Source: a bacterium (lineage in GTDB: Bacteria; UBA8248). From it: a stretch of 64,000 bases of DNA. The notes under the pieces were generated by a model. It was not told where the DNA came from and searched no databases. It saw only the letters and a list, made by a program, of their open reading frames with translations. Positions 29,459-39,035 of the stretch are shown here, in pieces. The translations under genes and the position numbers were made by a program. The stretch is taken from positions 2,464,001 through 2,528,000 of the forward strand of contig OZ244799.1 of the NCBI GenBank assembly GCA_965219955.1, written 5' to 3'. Position 1 is the first letter of the stretch. Each line of letters begins with the position of its first letter.

Positions 29459-30907
29459 TCAACCCAGCCTCTCGCCCGCGTAGGCCTCCATGCCGTGCTC
29501 GGAGATGTCGAGACCAGCCGATTCGTCTTCCGCGGAAACGCGAACACCCATTACTGCTTTCACAACCTGCCAAAGGATGAGGGACAAGACGAATGTAAAC
29601 ACACCGACCGCGACGACGCCTGCAAGCTGCTTGATGAAGAGCCCTGCGCCGCCGCCGTAGAACAATCCCACGACGCCGTCGTCAATGGAAGGCGCGGCGA
29701 ATAAACCGAGCGCAAGCGTCCCGAATATGCCGCATACCAGGTGAACAGAAACGGCGCCGACAGGATCGTCAATCTTGATTTTGTCAAAGAACGGAACGGC
29801 GATACAGACGATGAAACCTGCGATTAGACCGATAATCACAGCCCCCAGCGGAGTGACGTTTGCGCATGGCGCCGTGATGGCAACCAGCCCTGCAAGCGCG
29901 CCGTTCACACTCATGGAAAGATCGGCTTTGCCGAACATGGTCCTCGACGTGATACTCGAAGCCACGACGCCTGCCGAGGCGGCGAGGTTCGTCGTCACGG
30001 CGATGCGCGCGATGGCGCCTGCGTCGGCGGCCATGGTGCTGCCCGGATTAAACCCGAACCACCCGAGCCACAATATGAACCCACCCAAGGTGACGAGCGG
30101 CATGTTGTGACCCGGCATCGCCTGCATCCGGCCGGCGGACGTATACTTGCCGAGCCGGGGGCCAAGAACGATGATTCCGGCGAGCCCAGCCCAGCCGCCT
30201 ACGGAGTGAACCACGGTGGAGCCGGCGAAATCGAGAAACCCCATTCCACCCAGCCAGCCGCCACCCCAGATCCAGTGGCCCTGGACGGGATAGATGATGG
30301 CGACGAGCAGGAAACTGAAGATCATGAAAGAAGAGAACTTGATGCGCTCGGCCACACAACCCGAAACGATGGTCGCAGCCGTCGCCGCGAAAACGAGCTG
30401 GAAGAAAAACTTCGCGTATAGCGGCACGCCCGTCCAATTGAGGGATGAGAAAACACCTTTGTACGCATCGCCCGTGGCCGGGCTGTTGTCCGCCCCCGAA
30501 AGGAAGAAACCGTTCGTCCCGAATATCGAGCTGCCATCGCCAAACATGAGGGCGAAACCCAATATCCAAAATGCCAGGGACGAGACGGCGACGACACCGA
30601 AGTTCTTATAAAGAATGGCGACGGTGTTCTTGGCCCGGCAAAGCCCCGATTCGAGCATCGCAAAGCCTGCGTGCATGAAAAACACCAGAAAGCCGGCCAC
30701 CATCACCCAAACAGTGTCCGCCGCGACTTGCAAATCCGCCAAGCTCTTTGCCATGGCCTTGACATCCTGCGCCCAGCCGTTGCCGGCGAAGGACAAAACC
30801 GCCGCGGCGAAGACCAACGCCGCCGCAATGCAGAGCCCCCTTCTTCTCATGCCCCTTCCTCCGATACGTTTTAGTGATTCCGAGAGTTTACGTTTGCGAA
30901 GTATCAT
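29459..30907 (-). CDS. amtB: Ammonium transporter
   Basis: 'FQLVFA', 'DFAGSTVVH', 'WLGWFGFN', 'DDPVGAVSVH'. True start may be ~30850. Confidence 0.95.
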   Translation of the reverse strand: MILRKRKLSESLKRIGGRGMRRRGLCIAAALVFAAAVLSFAGNGWAQDVKAMAKSLADLQVAADTVWVMVAGFLVFFMHAGFAMLESGLCRAKNTVAILYKNFGVVAVSSLAFWILGFALMFGDGSSIFGTNGFFLSGADNSPATGDAYKGVFSSLNWTGVPLYAKFFFQLVFAATAATIVSGCVAERIKFSSFMIFSFLLVAIIYPVQGHWIWGGGWLGGMGFLDFAGSTVVHSVGGWAGLAGIIVLGPRLGKYTSAGRMQAMPGHNMPLVTLGGFILWLGWFGFNPGSTMAADAGAIARIAVTTNLAASAGVVASSITSRTMFGKADLSMSVNGALAGLVAITAPCANVTPLGAVIIGLIAGFIVCIAVPFFDKIKIDDPVGAVSVHLVCGIFGTLALGLFAAPSIDDGVVGLFYGGGAGLFIKQLAGVVAVGVFTFVLSLILWQVVKAVMGVRVSAEDESAGLDISEHGMEAYAGERLG

Positions 30908-31096
30908 CTACATCTTTTAGGTGAGAAGTATTTCAAAATCGTTTCGACCGTATTACCCGAACGTTAATTACACCTTCCCGGTACCTATCCGCTTCGGTTT
31001 GACAGGCGATTTCGCGCGTGCTAGCAATTCCGCCAATTCGATTCAATTTCTTTTGAACAAGCCCTTTTCCGGGATCAATCCACTGAAGGAGATACG

Positions 31097-31540
31097 ATGC
31101 CTCCAAAACGAAAACCCAAAATTCCCGCGAGAGCCCTCAAGCGCGGCACACACCTGTGGACCAAGGAATTCACCGAGCGTATCGGTCATGACATGGCCGA
31201 ATGGGCGGATGAGGAATTCATGGAGCTTTTCATGAACTTCTGCTACGGCGGGCTCTATGATCGAAACGTCCTGTCCCATAAAACCAGGGAACTTTGCGCC
31301 GTGGCCGCATGTGTGATGGCCAACGCGCATCCGCAACTGCGCACCCACATTCAGGCCTCGTGGAACTGCGGGGCGACGAAGCGTGAGATCATGGAAGTCA
31401 TCATCCAGATGGCCACTTACTGCGGGATGCCGTATATGCTTCAGGCGGCTCGAATCGCCGCGAACGAGGTCTTCCCCCTGCTCAAGCGCGGAGAGAAGGC
31501 CGCCGCCCCGCCGCCGGGCCTGAAATTGGATGAGAAGTAA
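31097..31540 (+). CDS. Carboxymuconolactone decarboxylase (CMD/AhpD) family protein
   Basis: 'LSHKTRELCAVA', 'QLRTHI', 'GATKREIMEVIIQMATYCG'; AAGGAG RBS. Confidence 0.85.
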   Translation: MPPKRKPKIPARALKRGTHLWTKEFTERIGHDMAEWADEEFMELFMNFCYGGLYDRNVLSHKTRELCAVAACVMANAHPQLRTHIQASWNCGATKREIMEVIIQMATYCGMPYMLQAARIAANEVFPLLKRGEKAAAPPPGLKLDEK

Positions 31541-31603
31541 CCCGAAACCGTCAGGCACCGGGCGGCCTACACCCGAAACCAAATACGTAAGGAGTATCTA
31601 AGA

Positions 31604-32380
31604 ATGGCCCGCAGAATCGTAGATTTAAGCGTTCCCCTTCAAAACGCGCCCATGGAGAACAATCCGGCCGCCATCCAGTACGTGAACCACACCGAGCTTG
31701 CCCGCATGCGAGCCAAATCATACAAGTTTCCGGACACCAGTTATTTTCCCGACCACATGCACTGCGCGACTGAAAACATCACGGCCATCAGCACGCACAG
31801 CGGCACGCACCTCGATTCTCCGTACCACTACGGCCCCGAATGTGAGGGGAACCCCTCGAAAACGATTGACCTCGTACCCCTCGAATGGTGCGTGAGTGAC
31901 GGGGTGGTGCTGGACTTTCATGACGCCGAGCGCGGCCACAACATCACGCTGGAGGAAACGCAGCAGAAAGTGGCGGGCCTGGAAGAGAAAGGCTATTCCC
32001 TCAAGCCGATGGATATCGTCCTCATCCGAACCGATCACACCACGAAGTATCTCTACACCCCCGATTTCGAACAAACCCACCCCGGCATGAGCGTCGACGC
32101 CACGGAATGGCTCGTCGATCAGGGGATCAAGGTGATGGGGATAGATGCATGGGGCTTTGACATACCCGTCTCCAGGATGACCGAACTCAGACGCCAGGGA
32201 AACACGAAAGATTTCTTCGGCAGTCATTTCCTGGGCCGCAAAAAAGAGTACATCCACGCGGAAAAACTTATGAATCTCGATAAGCTCCCCGAGTTCGGGT
32301 TCACCGTCTCGATGCTCCCCATCAAGATAGAGCGCGCAAGCGGCGCCTGGTGTCGGGCGGTGGCCATCATCGACGATTAG
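31604..32380 (+). CDS. Cyclase family (kynurenine-formamidase-like) metal-dependent hydrolase
   Basis: 'THSGTHLDSP', 'DIVLIRT', 'GIDAWG', 'EKLMNL'. Confidence 0.88.
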   Translation: MARRIVDLSVPLQNAPMENNPAAIQYVNHTELARMRAKSYKFPDTSYFPDHMHCATENITAISTHSGTHLDSPYHYGPECEGNPSKTIDLVPLEWCVSDGVVLDFHDAERGHNITLEETQQKVAGLEEKGYSLKPMDIVLIRTDHTTKYLYTPDFEQTHPGMSVDATEWLVDQGIKVMGIDAWGFDIPVSRMTELRRQGNTKDFFGSHFLGRKKEYIHAEKLMNLDKLPEFGFTVSMLPIKIERASGAWCRAVAIIDD

Positions 32381-32492
32381 CCCGAATTTCTCCGGGGAGG
32401 CCGAGACCGGCGCGTGGAGTGACTTCTCGGAAAAATATGATAATATCTCCCGCATACTTGGGAGTGTGGCAATAACCTAGAGGAGTGGTTCG

Positions 32493-32690
32493 ATGGCTTT
32501 ACACGGGAGCGCGGTGAATCAACAAGTCATATCGGGTGGCCTCATCCAGCGCATGGCGGCCGTCAAGCCGGCCATCCTGGCGATCGTTCTCGGCATATTC
32601 ATTCTCTACGGCGTGGGCTTCGCCCAACCGCAACTCGTTCATGACGCCGCTCACGACACCCGGCATGCATTCGCCTTCCCCTGCCACTAA
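32493..32690 (+). CDS. cbtB: CbtB-family small cobalt-transporter subunit
   Basis: One TM helix followed by 'VGFAQ...HDAAHDTRHAFAFPCH'; GAGGAG RBS. Confidence 0.88.
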   Translation: MALHGSAVNQQVISGGLIQRMAAVKPAILAIVLGIFILYGVGFAQPQLVHDAAHDTRHAFAFPCH

Positions 32691-32722
32691 CAAGCCGGAG
32701 TAACGTTTCACCATACGATAGG

Positions 32723-32755
32723 CGGCGCCTCGTCCCGAGGCGCCGTTTTTTCTTT
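32723..32755 (+). terminator. Intrinsic terminator after cbtB
   Basis: CGGCGCCTCG-tcc-CGAGGCGCCG followed by TTTTTT. Confidence 0.85.
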
Positions 32756-32765
32756 GAGGAACCGG

Positions 32766-33116
32766 ATGCCCGAGGATAAAACAGAACTTAAGCCTTGGGG
32801 GTATTTCACCGTATTGGCCGATGAGGTGGACCATAAGGTCAAACGGGTCGTCGTTCATCCGGGCCATCGCCTCAGCCTGCAGCGCCACATGCGCAGATCG
32901 GAGCACTGGCACGCCATATCCGGACAAGCCGTCGTCATTCGCGAAGAAGAAGAAATCGCGTTTTCCGCCGGCGAGAGCATCGATATCCCACAAGGTACAT
33001 GGCACAGGATTCAAAACGAAGAAGACTCGCCCTTCATTTTCATCGAGGTGCAAACCGGCGCCTACTTCGGCGAGGACGACGTCGAACGACGAGAAGATGA
33101 TTACGGAAGAGTCTGA
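32766..33116 (+). CDS. Cupin protein (phosphomannose isomerase type II C-terminal domain)
   Basis: 'KPWG', 'RLSLQRH..RSEHW', 'IEVQTG.YFGEDD'. Confidence 0.88.
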   Translation: MPEDKTELKPWGYFTVLADEVDHKVKRVVVHPGHRLSLQRHMRRSEHWHAISGQAVVIREEEEIAFSAGESIDIPQGTWHRIQNEEDSPFIFIEVQTGAYFGEDDVERREDDYGRV

Positions 33117-33146
33117 TGAGGCATCATTTGGATAACCCGGGTAAAT

Positions 33147-33175
33147 AAACACCCCCACCGCTTGAGGGGGTGTTT
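33147..33175. terminator. Hairpin between convergent genes (bidirectional terminator)
   Basis: AAACACCCCC-N9-GGGGGTGTTT. Confidence 0.65.
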
Positions 33176-33206
33176 CTGAATCACATGGGGATGCAACCGT
33201 TTCAAC

Positions 33207-34406
33207 CTAGCCTTTACGAAGCTGCTCCAACGCTACGGCCAGACGCTCCACGCCGCGCTCGCACTCTTCCGTCGAGCACGAATAGGCGATTCTGATGTAT
33301 CCCTCGCCGCCGAAAACAGCGCCGTTCACCGTCGCGATGGCGTGCTCGTTCAGAAGGTAGTCCGCCACCTCGCCCGAGGTTTCCCCAAAAACCTTCACGT
33401 TCGGGAAAGCATAGAATGCGCCCGTAGGCTCCGCCAGCGTGACGCCCTCTATGGCGCGCAGCCCTTCTGATATCACGCGCCGCCGCTTGTCGAATTCACT
33501 CGTCATCGCCTCCATGGGCGCCTGATCCTCGAGCACGCCGCGCGCCGCGCCATGCTGAATGAACGTGTTGACGCACACGGTGGTGTATTGGCGGATCTTG
33601 AGCAGGTGGCGGGTAATCTCGGGGCTCGCCACCGTCCAGCCCAGGCGCCAGCCGTCCATGCTGTAGAATTTCGAAAACCCGTTGATAATTACCGTACGCT
33701 CCGCCATGCCGGGCTGTGAGAAAATACTCGGGGCGCATGGCGCATCGCCGTAATATATGCGCGCATATATCTCGTCACTCATCACCATGAAATTGCGCTG
33801 CACCGCCAGTTCGGCGATTTTTTTGAGTTCACTCTCGGGGATCGTACAACCCGTGGGGTTGCCGGGCGAAGTGAGACAAACGAGTTTCGTCTTGGGCGTC
33901 AGAACCGCCTCGATGTCCTCGGCGCGCAACGCGAAGTCGTTCTCTTCTTTCGTCATCACCTCGACGGGCACGCCACCCGCCAACGCCGTGCAGGACTTAT
34001 AGTGATGCCAGTTCGGCTGCGCGATGATCACCTCGTCGCCCGGATCGACCAGCGCCAGCATGGAAACCATGATGCCCTCGTTCGCTCCCGCCATGACGAT
34101 CACCTGCGTATCGGGGTTCACCTCCACGCCGGTGTCGATTTCCGTTCTGTATGCAATACCCTTTCTCAGGGCGGGAACCCCCGTGCTGGGAGCGTAGTGT
34201 ACGTCACCACGCGCGAGGGACTCGGCGGCCCCTTGCTTGATGTGCCCGGGCGTATCGAAATCGGTGCGGCCGATCTGCCAGTGGATGACGTCACGCCCCT
34301 CGTTTTCGAGTTTCGCCACGGCGTCGAAGACCTTGCGAATGCCCGAGAAGGGAATCTCTTCCAAACGATCCGCGCCCACGGCCTGGGCGTCAAAAGCAAT
34401 ACTCAT
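33207..34406 (-). CDS. PLP-dependent aminotransferase class I/II
   Basis: 'PGNPTG', 'SDEIY', 'FSKFYSMDGWRLG'. Confidence 0.92.
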   Translation of the reverse strand: MSIAFDAQAVGADRLEEIPFSGIRKVFDAVAKLENEGRDVIHWQIGRTDFDTPGHIKQGAAESLARGDVHYAPSTGVPALRKGIAYRTEIDTGVEVNPDTQVIVMAGANEGIMVSMLALVDPGDEVIIAQPNWHHYKSCTALAGGVPVEVMTKEENDFALRAEDIEAVLTPKTKLVCLTSPGNPTGCTIPESELKKIAELAVQRNFMVMSDEIYARIYYGDAPCAPSIFSQPGMAERTVIINGFSKFYSMDGWRLGWTVASPEITRHLLKIRQYTTVCVNTFIQHGAARGVLEDQAPMEAMTSEFDKRRRVISEGLRAIEGVTLAEPTGAFYAFPNVKVFGETSGEVADYLLNEHAIATVNGAVFGGEGYIRIAYSCSTEECERGVERLAVALEQLRKG

Positions 34407-34607
34407 CTATCATCTCCTAGCAAATGAAAATGACCATAAGAACAATAATTTCAAATCACCGAACACGCGATTCAAGCCGCTCGTTATAGCTTTTGAGGCG
34501 CCGAGGCGCAAGAGAGTTGCCCGCCCCGGATTTCTCTCAGTTACAACCAGACGTTATCCTGTTTTTCGGCGAAGGAAAGTGTAAATGACTATCCGACTGC
34601 CGGACGA

Positions 34608-35396
34608 CTAGAGCAAATCTCCCTGGAGGACGGTTACGGCCTTACCACTCAGGACGATGCGGTCTCCCAGAATTCTCATACGCACCACCCCGCCTCGCGC
34701 CGATGCCTGATAGGCCGTAAGTTCTTCTTTTCTAAGGTGTTTCGCCCAGAACGGCCCCAGGCAACAGTGGGCGGAACCCGTCACAGGGTCTTCGTTCACG
34801 CCGAGCCCGGGTGCGAAGAATCGAGACACGAAATCGTATCGGGGGTCATCGGATCGCGCCGTGACGATGCAGCCGCGCATGGAAACCGTCTGGAGAAGCT
34901 GGAAATCCGGCGCCAGGGCCCTGATCGCCTCCTCGGAGTCGGCTTCCACGAAATAATCAAACTCGTTTTTCCCTACATAGCGGGGCATAAGACCAAGACC
35001 CTCCACCAGGGCGTCAGGAGGCGCTGCGGGAGACTCTCGGCTGATGGGGAAATTCATCTCTATCCATTCATCTTTGTGTTCACAGGTCAAAACCCCGCTT
35101 TTCGTGTGGAAGATGACCGTCTCATCGGAACCCAGATGCCCCTTCTCCCAAAGAACATGGGCGCTCGCAAGCGTGGCGTGGCCGCAAAGGTCCACCTCGC
35201 TCGCGGGCGTGAACCATCGCAGGCCGTAGCCGTCTTCCTGTTTCACCACGAAAGCGGTTTCAGAGAGGTTCATCTCCGCCGCCACGCGCTGCATCCACCC
35301 CTCATCCACTTGCGTCGGCAGGATGCAGACGGCGGCCGGATTGCCCGAAAAAGGCGTATCTGTAAACGCATCCACCTGTACGATGGGAAATGACAT
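34608..35396 (-). CDS. PhzF family isomerase/epimerase
   Basis: 'QVDAF..PFSGNPAAV', 'NLSETAF', 'EVDLCGHATLA', 'EDPVTGSAH'. Confidence 0.92.
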   Translation of the reverse strand: MSFPIVQVDAFTDTPFSGNPAAVCILPTQVDEGWMQRVAAEMNLSETAFVVKQEDGYGLRWFTPASEVDLCGHATLASAHVLWEKGHLGSDETVIFHTKSGVLTCEHKDEWIEMNFPISRESPAAPPDALVEGLGLMPRYVGKNEFDYFVEADSEEAIRALAPDFQLLQTVSMRGCIVTARSDDPRYDFVSRFFAPGLGVNEDPVTGSAHCCLGPFWAKHLRKEELTAYQASARGGVVRMRILGDRIVLSGKAVTVLQGDLL

Positions 35397-35419
35397 AAGG
35401 CCTTCTCGTGGAAAAACAG

Positions 35420-35890
35420 TCAGATACGTTTGATGACGTCGCCTGCGCGAATCGAGCCTTCGCTCAACACTTGCGCGTTCAGCCCCGAGCGGTTGATGAG
35501 CGCATCGTGCAGGCCATCTATCCCCAGCAGATTCTCGAAATACCTGCAAGGCTCGTTCAGGCGAACGCCGCGCATCTTCACATCCCCCACCTGAAACTCC
35601 GCCCCCACCAGGTGATTGAGCGGTACGCCTCGCGTCAGGATGTTTCGCCTGCTCTGACCCGCGTCGAGATGGATATTGTGATCACGCGCAAGCGCCTCGA
35701 TCGCCTCGATTTCGATGAGCGTGACCTCGCGATCGGGCCCCTGTTTCTTGGAATACGTGCCCACGCCCTCGGCGTAGCGATCCCCCGCAAGTCCTGATCC
35801 TGCAACTACTTGCGCCTGGGCGACCTCCATCATGGGTTCACCGCCCACCGAAGCGATATGTACCGAGACCACCTCGCCCTCGAAAGTCAT
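35420..35890 (-). CDS. MOSC domain protein
   Basis: 'GLAGDRY', 'RRNILTRG', 'EPC', 'EGSIRAGD'. Its ATG overlaps the upstream stop (ATGA). Confidence 0.85.
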   Translation of the reverse strand: MTFEGEVVSVHIASVGGEPMMEVAQAQVVAGSGLAGDRYAEGVGTYSKKQGPDREVTLIEIEAIEALARDHNIHLDAGQSRRNILTRGVPLNHLVGAEFQVGDVKMRGVRLNEPCRYFENLLGIDGLHDALINRSGLNAQVLSEGSIRAGDVIKRI

Positions 35891-36129
35891 GCTTTCACAT
35901 GCTCCCCGATGAGATTGACGGCTTCTTCTTCCGTGGGAAAGTTGCCTGAATCGAGTTTCGACCACAAAAGTTCGCCGTCGAGCACCAGTTCGAAAGAGCC
36001 GACGCGAAAATTTCCGTCTTCGTTTCCGGCGATTTCCATATCCGGGAAATGTTTTTTCAATTCCTGAGCCAACTGCTCATATCGTGGCCCGTAGTTTCAC
36101 TTTTCGCAGTATTCAACGTGAAGTTTCAT
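35887..36129 (-). CDS. SelW/SelT/SelH (Rdx) family selenoprotein, 80 aa, in-frame UGA at codon 11
   Basis: RBS GGAGAGGGG, then MKLHVEYCEK-TGA-NYGPRYEQL, continuing in frame into 'GSFELVLDGELLWSK...FP'. The TGA (36097-36099) completes a CxxU motif. Confidence 0.92.
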
Positions 36130-36336
36130 TCATCCCCTCTCCAGTTGAGAACAAAAGTTGGCGGGCACCCGCATCATAGAAGAATTCCGCCGTGAGGAGA
36201 AGGCGCGCGAGAAGTAAAATCGAGAAATCAGGTACCGCACAACCGCAAAGCTCAGAAACCCTTACGCGGCTTGACTATTTCGCCGACACAAGAGAAAAAG
36301 TCCCCCGATTTCCGAAGAAAACTTCAAGGAGGCGAA

Positions 36337-37740
36337 ATGGCTGGTATCACACGTGTGGGAGCATATATACCCTTTCATCGGCTGGGCGGAGACACCGTGC
36401 GGGCCGTATGGGGCAGCGGCAGCCCGAGGGCTTCACGCCCGCTGGCCGGTTTCGACGAAGACTCCATCACCATGGGAGTGGAGGCGCTCATCAACGCCGC
36501 AGGCTGGGGCGATTCCCAAGTCGATTCGCTGTATTTCGCTTCCACGTCTCACCCATATGCCGAGAAATCAAACGCTTCCGTCCTCGCGGCGGCGGCCGAT
36601 CTGCCCGAAAAACTCTTCACCTTGGATGCGGGCGGCTCCGTGCGCGCGGGCACGTCCGCCCTCAAGGCCGCGTGTGACGCCATAGAAGCAGGCTCCTCCA
36701 AATCGGCGGCCGTTGTGGCGGCGGAGAAAAGGCCATCCCTGCCGGGAAGCCCCGATGAATTAAGCCTTTGCGACGGCGCGGCGGCGGTGTTGCTCGGCAA
36801 GGGAGACGACGTCGCCGCAGAGATCGAGGCGATTTACTCATGGTCCGAGGATTTCATCGACAGGTGGCGGCTGCCGGGGGAGGGGGCCGTCTCAGCCGGT
36901 GACGCCAAATTCATCCAGGACTACGGCTACGTTCGCCAGAGCGTCGCCACGGTCGAGGGATTGCTCAGCCAGACGGGCGCCACGAGGGAAGACATCGCGC
37001 GGGTGCTCGTCTACGCCCCCGACGCCCGCACCCACGCCGCCATCGCCCGAAAACTGGGCTTTCCAGACTCTGCTTATCCCGAAAACCCCCTCATCGCGCG
37101 GCTGGGGGACGCCGGGGCGGCGGCGCCCCTGCTCGCTCTCGTCGATGCGCTCCAGAACGCGGAACCGGGCGAGCACGTCATCGTCGCGGGCCATGGCAGC
37201 GGGGGCGAGGCCATCCTGCTCCGGGCGACGGACAAGGTCCATTCCTTGAGATCACAGCGGGGAGTCGGCTGGTCCGTCGAGCGCGCGCGGCCCATCCCGA
37301 ATTACGGCCAATGGTTGAAATTCAACGGCTTGTCTCCCGAAGAGGAAATCAAGCCCTTCACCTCGCCCAGCATCCTCTGGAAGGAAAACAGGGCGACCAT
37401 GCGCCTGATGGCCGGCGTTTGCCGCGTCTGCGGGGAGCTTCAGTATCCCCGCCAGCAGGTCTGCAACGCCTGCGGCGCGCGGGATGAGTGGGATGAGCGC
37501 AAACTGGGCCGCCGGGGCAAAATCTTCACCTTCATCCACGATTACCTGCCCCCCTCGCCCGAGGGCTTCATCACGATGGCGACGGTGGAACTCGATGGCG
37601 GCGGCCGGTTTTACGGCCAGATGACGAACCAGGTGAAGGACGACGTCCACATCGGAATGGAGTGCGAACTCACATTCAGGCTTCTCCATCAGGGCGATGG
37701 GTATTATAATTACTTCTGGAAACTACGCCCCGCCGAATAG
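36337..37740 (+). CDS. HMG-CoA-synthase-like domain fused to a DUF35 Zn-ribbon/OB-fold domain
   Basis: 'GAYIP..RL', 'DEDSITMG', 'DGAAAVL'; C-terminal 'CRVC...CNAC', 'FRLL', 'YFWK'. AAGGAGG RBS. Confidence 0.85.
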   Translation: MAGITRVGAYIPFHRLGGDTVRAVWGSGSPRASRPLAGFDEDSITMGVEALINAAGWGDSQVDSLYFASTSHPYAEKSNASVLAAAADLPEKLFTLDAGGSVRAGTSALKAACDAIEAGSSKSAAVVAAEKRPSLPGSPDELSLCDGAAAVLLGKGDDVAAEIEAIYSWSEDFIDRWRLPGEGAVSAGDAKFIQDYGYVRQSVATVEGLLSQTGATREDIARVLVYAPDARTHAAIARKLGFPDSAYPENPLIARLGDAGAAAPLLALVDALQNAEPGEHVIVAGHGSGGEAILLRATDKVHSLRSQRGVGWSVERARPIPNYGQWLKFNGLSPEEEIKPFTSPSILWKENRATMRLMAGVCRVCGELQYPRQQVCNACGARDEWDERKLGRRGKIFTFIHDYLPPSPEGFITMATVELDGGGRFYGQMTNQVKDDVHIGMECELTFRLLHQGDGYYNYFWKLRPAE

Positions 37741-37788
37741 GGATTTTATATTTCCCCGGGGAAAACCTCTTTTTTCAAGGAGTTGGCC

Positions 37789-38985
37789 ATGAGCGGAAAC
37801 ATCGCCGGAAAAGTCGCCATCATCGGCGCGGGCATCACGAAATTCGGGGAACTCTTCGAGCAGAGCTACAACGACCTCGTGGTGGAGGCCGCCTTCGAGG
37901 CCTACGAGGACGCGGGCGTGAGCGGCGAGGATATCGAGGCCGCTTGGCTGGGCACGTATCTGCCGCTCGGCTGGGGCTTCGACGGCACGGGCGGACCCTC
38001 GCTCGCCGAGGCGCTCAACCTCTACCCGAAGCCCGTCTCGCGGGTCGCGAACTACTGCACGACGGGCATGGAGGCCGTCCGCATGGCGGCGATGGCCGTC
38101 GCTTCGGGCATGCACGACGTCGTCCTCGCCGTCGGCGCCGAGAAGATGCGCGAGGTCCCGCCCCGGGGCAGCCTGGTCGCGCAACACGTTGAAAAACTTC
38201 ACCCTATGTACTCGAAGGGCCGCACGGCCCCGGGCAGTTTCGCCGTTCTGGCGAGGCGGTATTTCGAGGAGTTCGGCGCGGACAAGGAAGACCTCGCCGA
38301 GGTGGCGGTCAAGAACCACTACCACGGGAGCCTGAACAAGCGCGCGCACTTCCGGAAGGAGATCACCAAGGAGCAGGTCCTGAAGGCCCCGCCCGTCACG
38401 GAGCCCTTGGGGCTTTATGATTGCTGCCCCACGACGGACGGCGCCGCCGCGGTCGTTCTCTGCCGGGCGGAGCTGGCCGAGGCGCGCTTCGACAAGAAAG
38501 ACTACGTCCTGATCGACGGCATGGGGCTCTCGTGTGCGACGGGCTACATCACCACGGCGTTCAACCCCAGGTTCAGCTTCATCGGCTTCGAGGCCACGCA
38601 GGAGGCCGCGCGCCAGGCCTATGAGCAGTCCGGCGTGACGAACCCGCTCGAGGAGATAGACGTCGCGGAAGTGCATGATTGTTTTACGATTACGGAGATC
38701 CTGAACTACGAGGACTTAGGTTTCGTCGAGAAGGGCGAGGGCCCCGAATTCGTGAAGAGCGGTGCGAGCAAACTCGGCGGCGAACTGCCCGTGAACACCT
38801 CGGGCGGCCTCAAAAGCTGCGGCCATCCCATCGGCGCGACGGGCGCGCGCGTGGTCGCCGACCTGACGCACCAGCTCCTTGGGCGCTGCGGCGACCGCCA
38901 GGTGAAGGGCGCGAAACGGGCGCTCGGCCACACCCTGGGCGGGCCGGGCGCGGTCTCGAGCGTCTTCGTCCTGAGCAAGAACTAG
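37789..38985 (+). CDS. SCP2-type thiolase / acetyl-CoA acetyltransferase family protein
   Basis: 'VANYCTTG', 'GAEKM', 'DCCPTTDGA', 'EVHDCF', 'GHPIGATG'. Confidence 0.9.
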   Translation: MSGNIAGKVAIIGAGITKFGELFEQSYNDLVVEAAFEAYEDAGVSGEDIEAAWLGTYLPLGWGFDGTGGPSLAEALNLYPKPVSRVANYCTTGMEAVRMAAMAVASGMHDVVLAVGAEKMREVPPRGSLVAQHVEKLHPMYSKGRTAPGSFAVLARRYFEEFGADKEDLAEVAVKNHYHGSLNKRAHFRKEITKEQVLKAPPVTEPLGLYDCCPTTDGAAAVVLCRAELAEARFDKKDYVLIDGMGLSCATGYITTAFNPRFSFIGFEATQEAARQAYEQSGVTNPLEEIDVAEVHDCFTITEILNYEDLGFVEKGEGPEFVKSGASKLGGELPVNTSGGLKSCGHPIGATGARVVADLTHQLLGRCGDRQVKGAKRALGHTLGGPGAVSSVFVLSKN

Positions 38986-38999
38986 CCAGTCGCATCATG

Positions 39000-39027
39000 C
39001 CCCCGGGCGGGCGCCCGGGGGATTTTC
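39000..39027 (+). terminator. Probable intrinsic terminator
   Basis: CCCCCGGGCG-gg-CGCCCGGGGG followed by ATTTT. Confidence 0.6.
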
Positions 39028-39035
39028 ATCTCGGT

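Noticed and set aside
31015-31040. Sigma54 promoter upstream of amtB (TTGGCGGAATTGCTAGC on the minus strand)
   Set aside because: GG-to-GC spacing is 7 or 11 nt rather than the required 10.
32381-32492. Cobalamin riboswitch before cbtB
   Set aside because: The gap is too short and has no recognisable B12-box.
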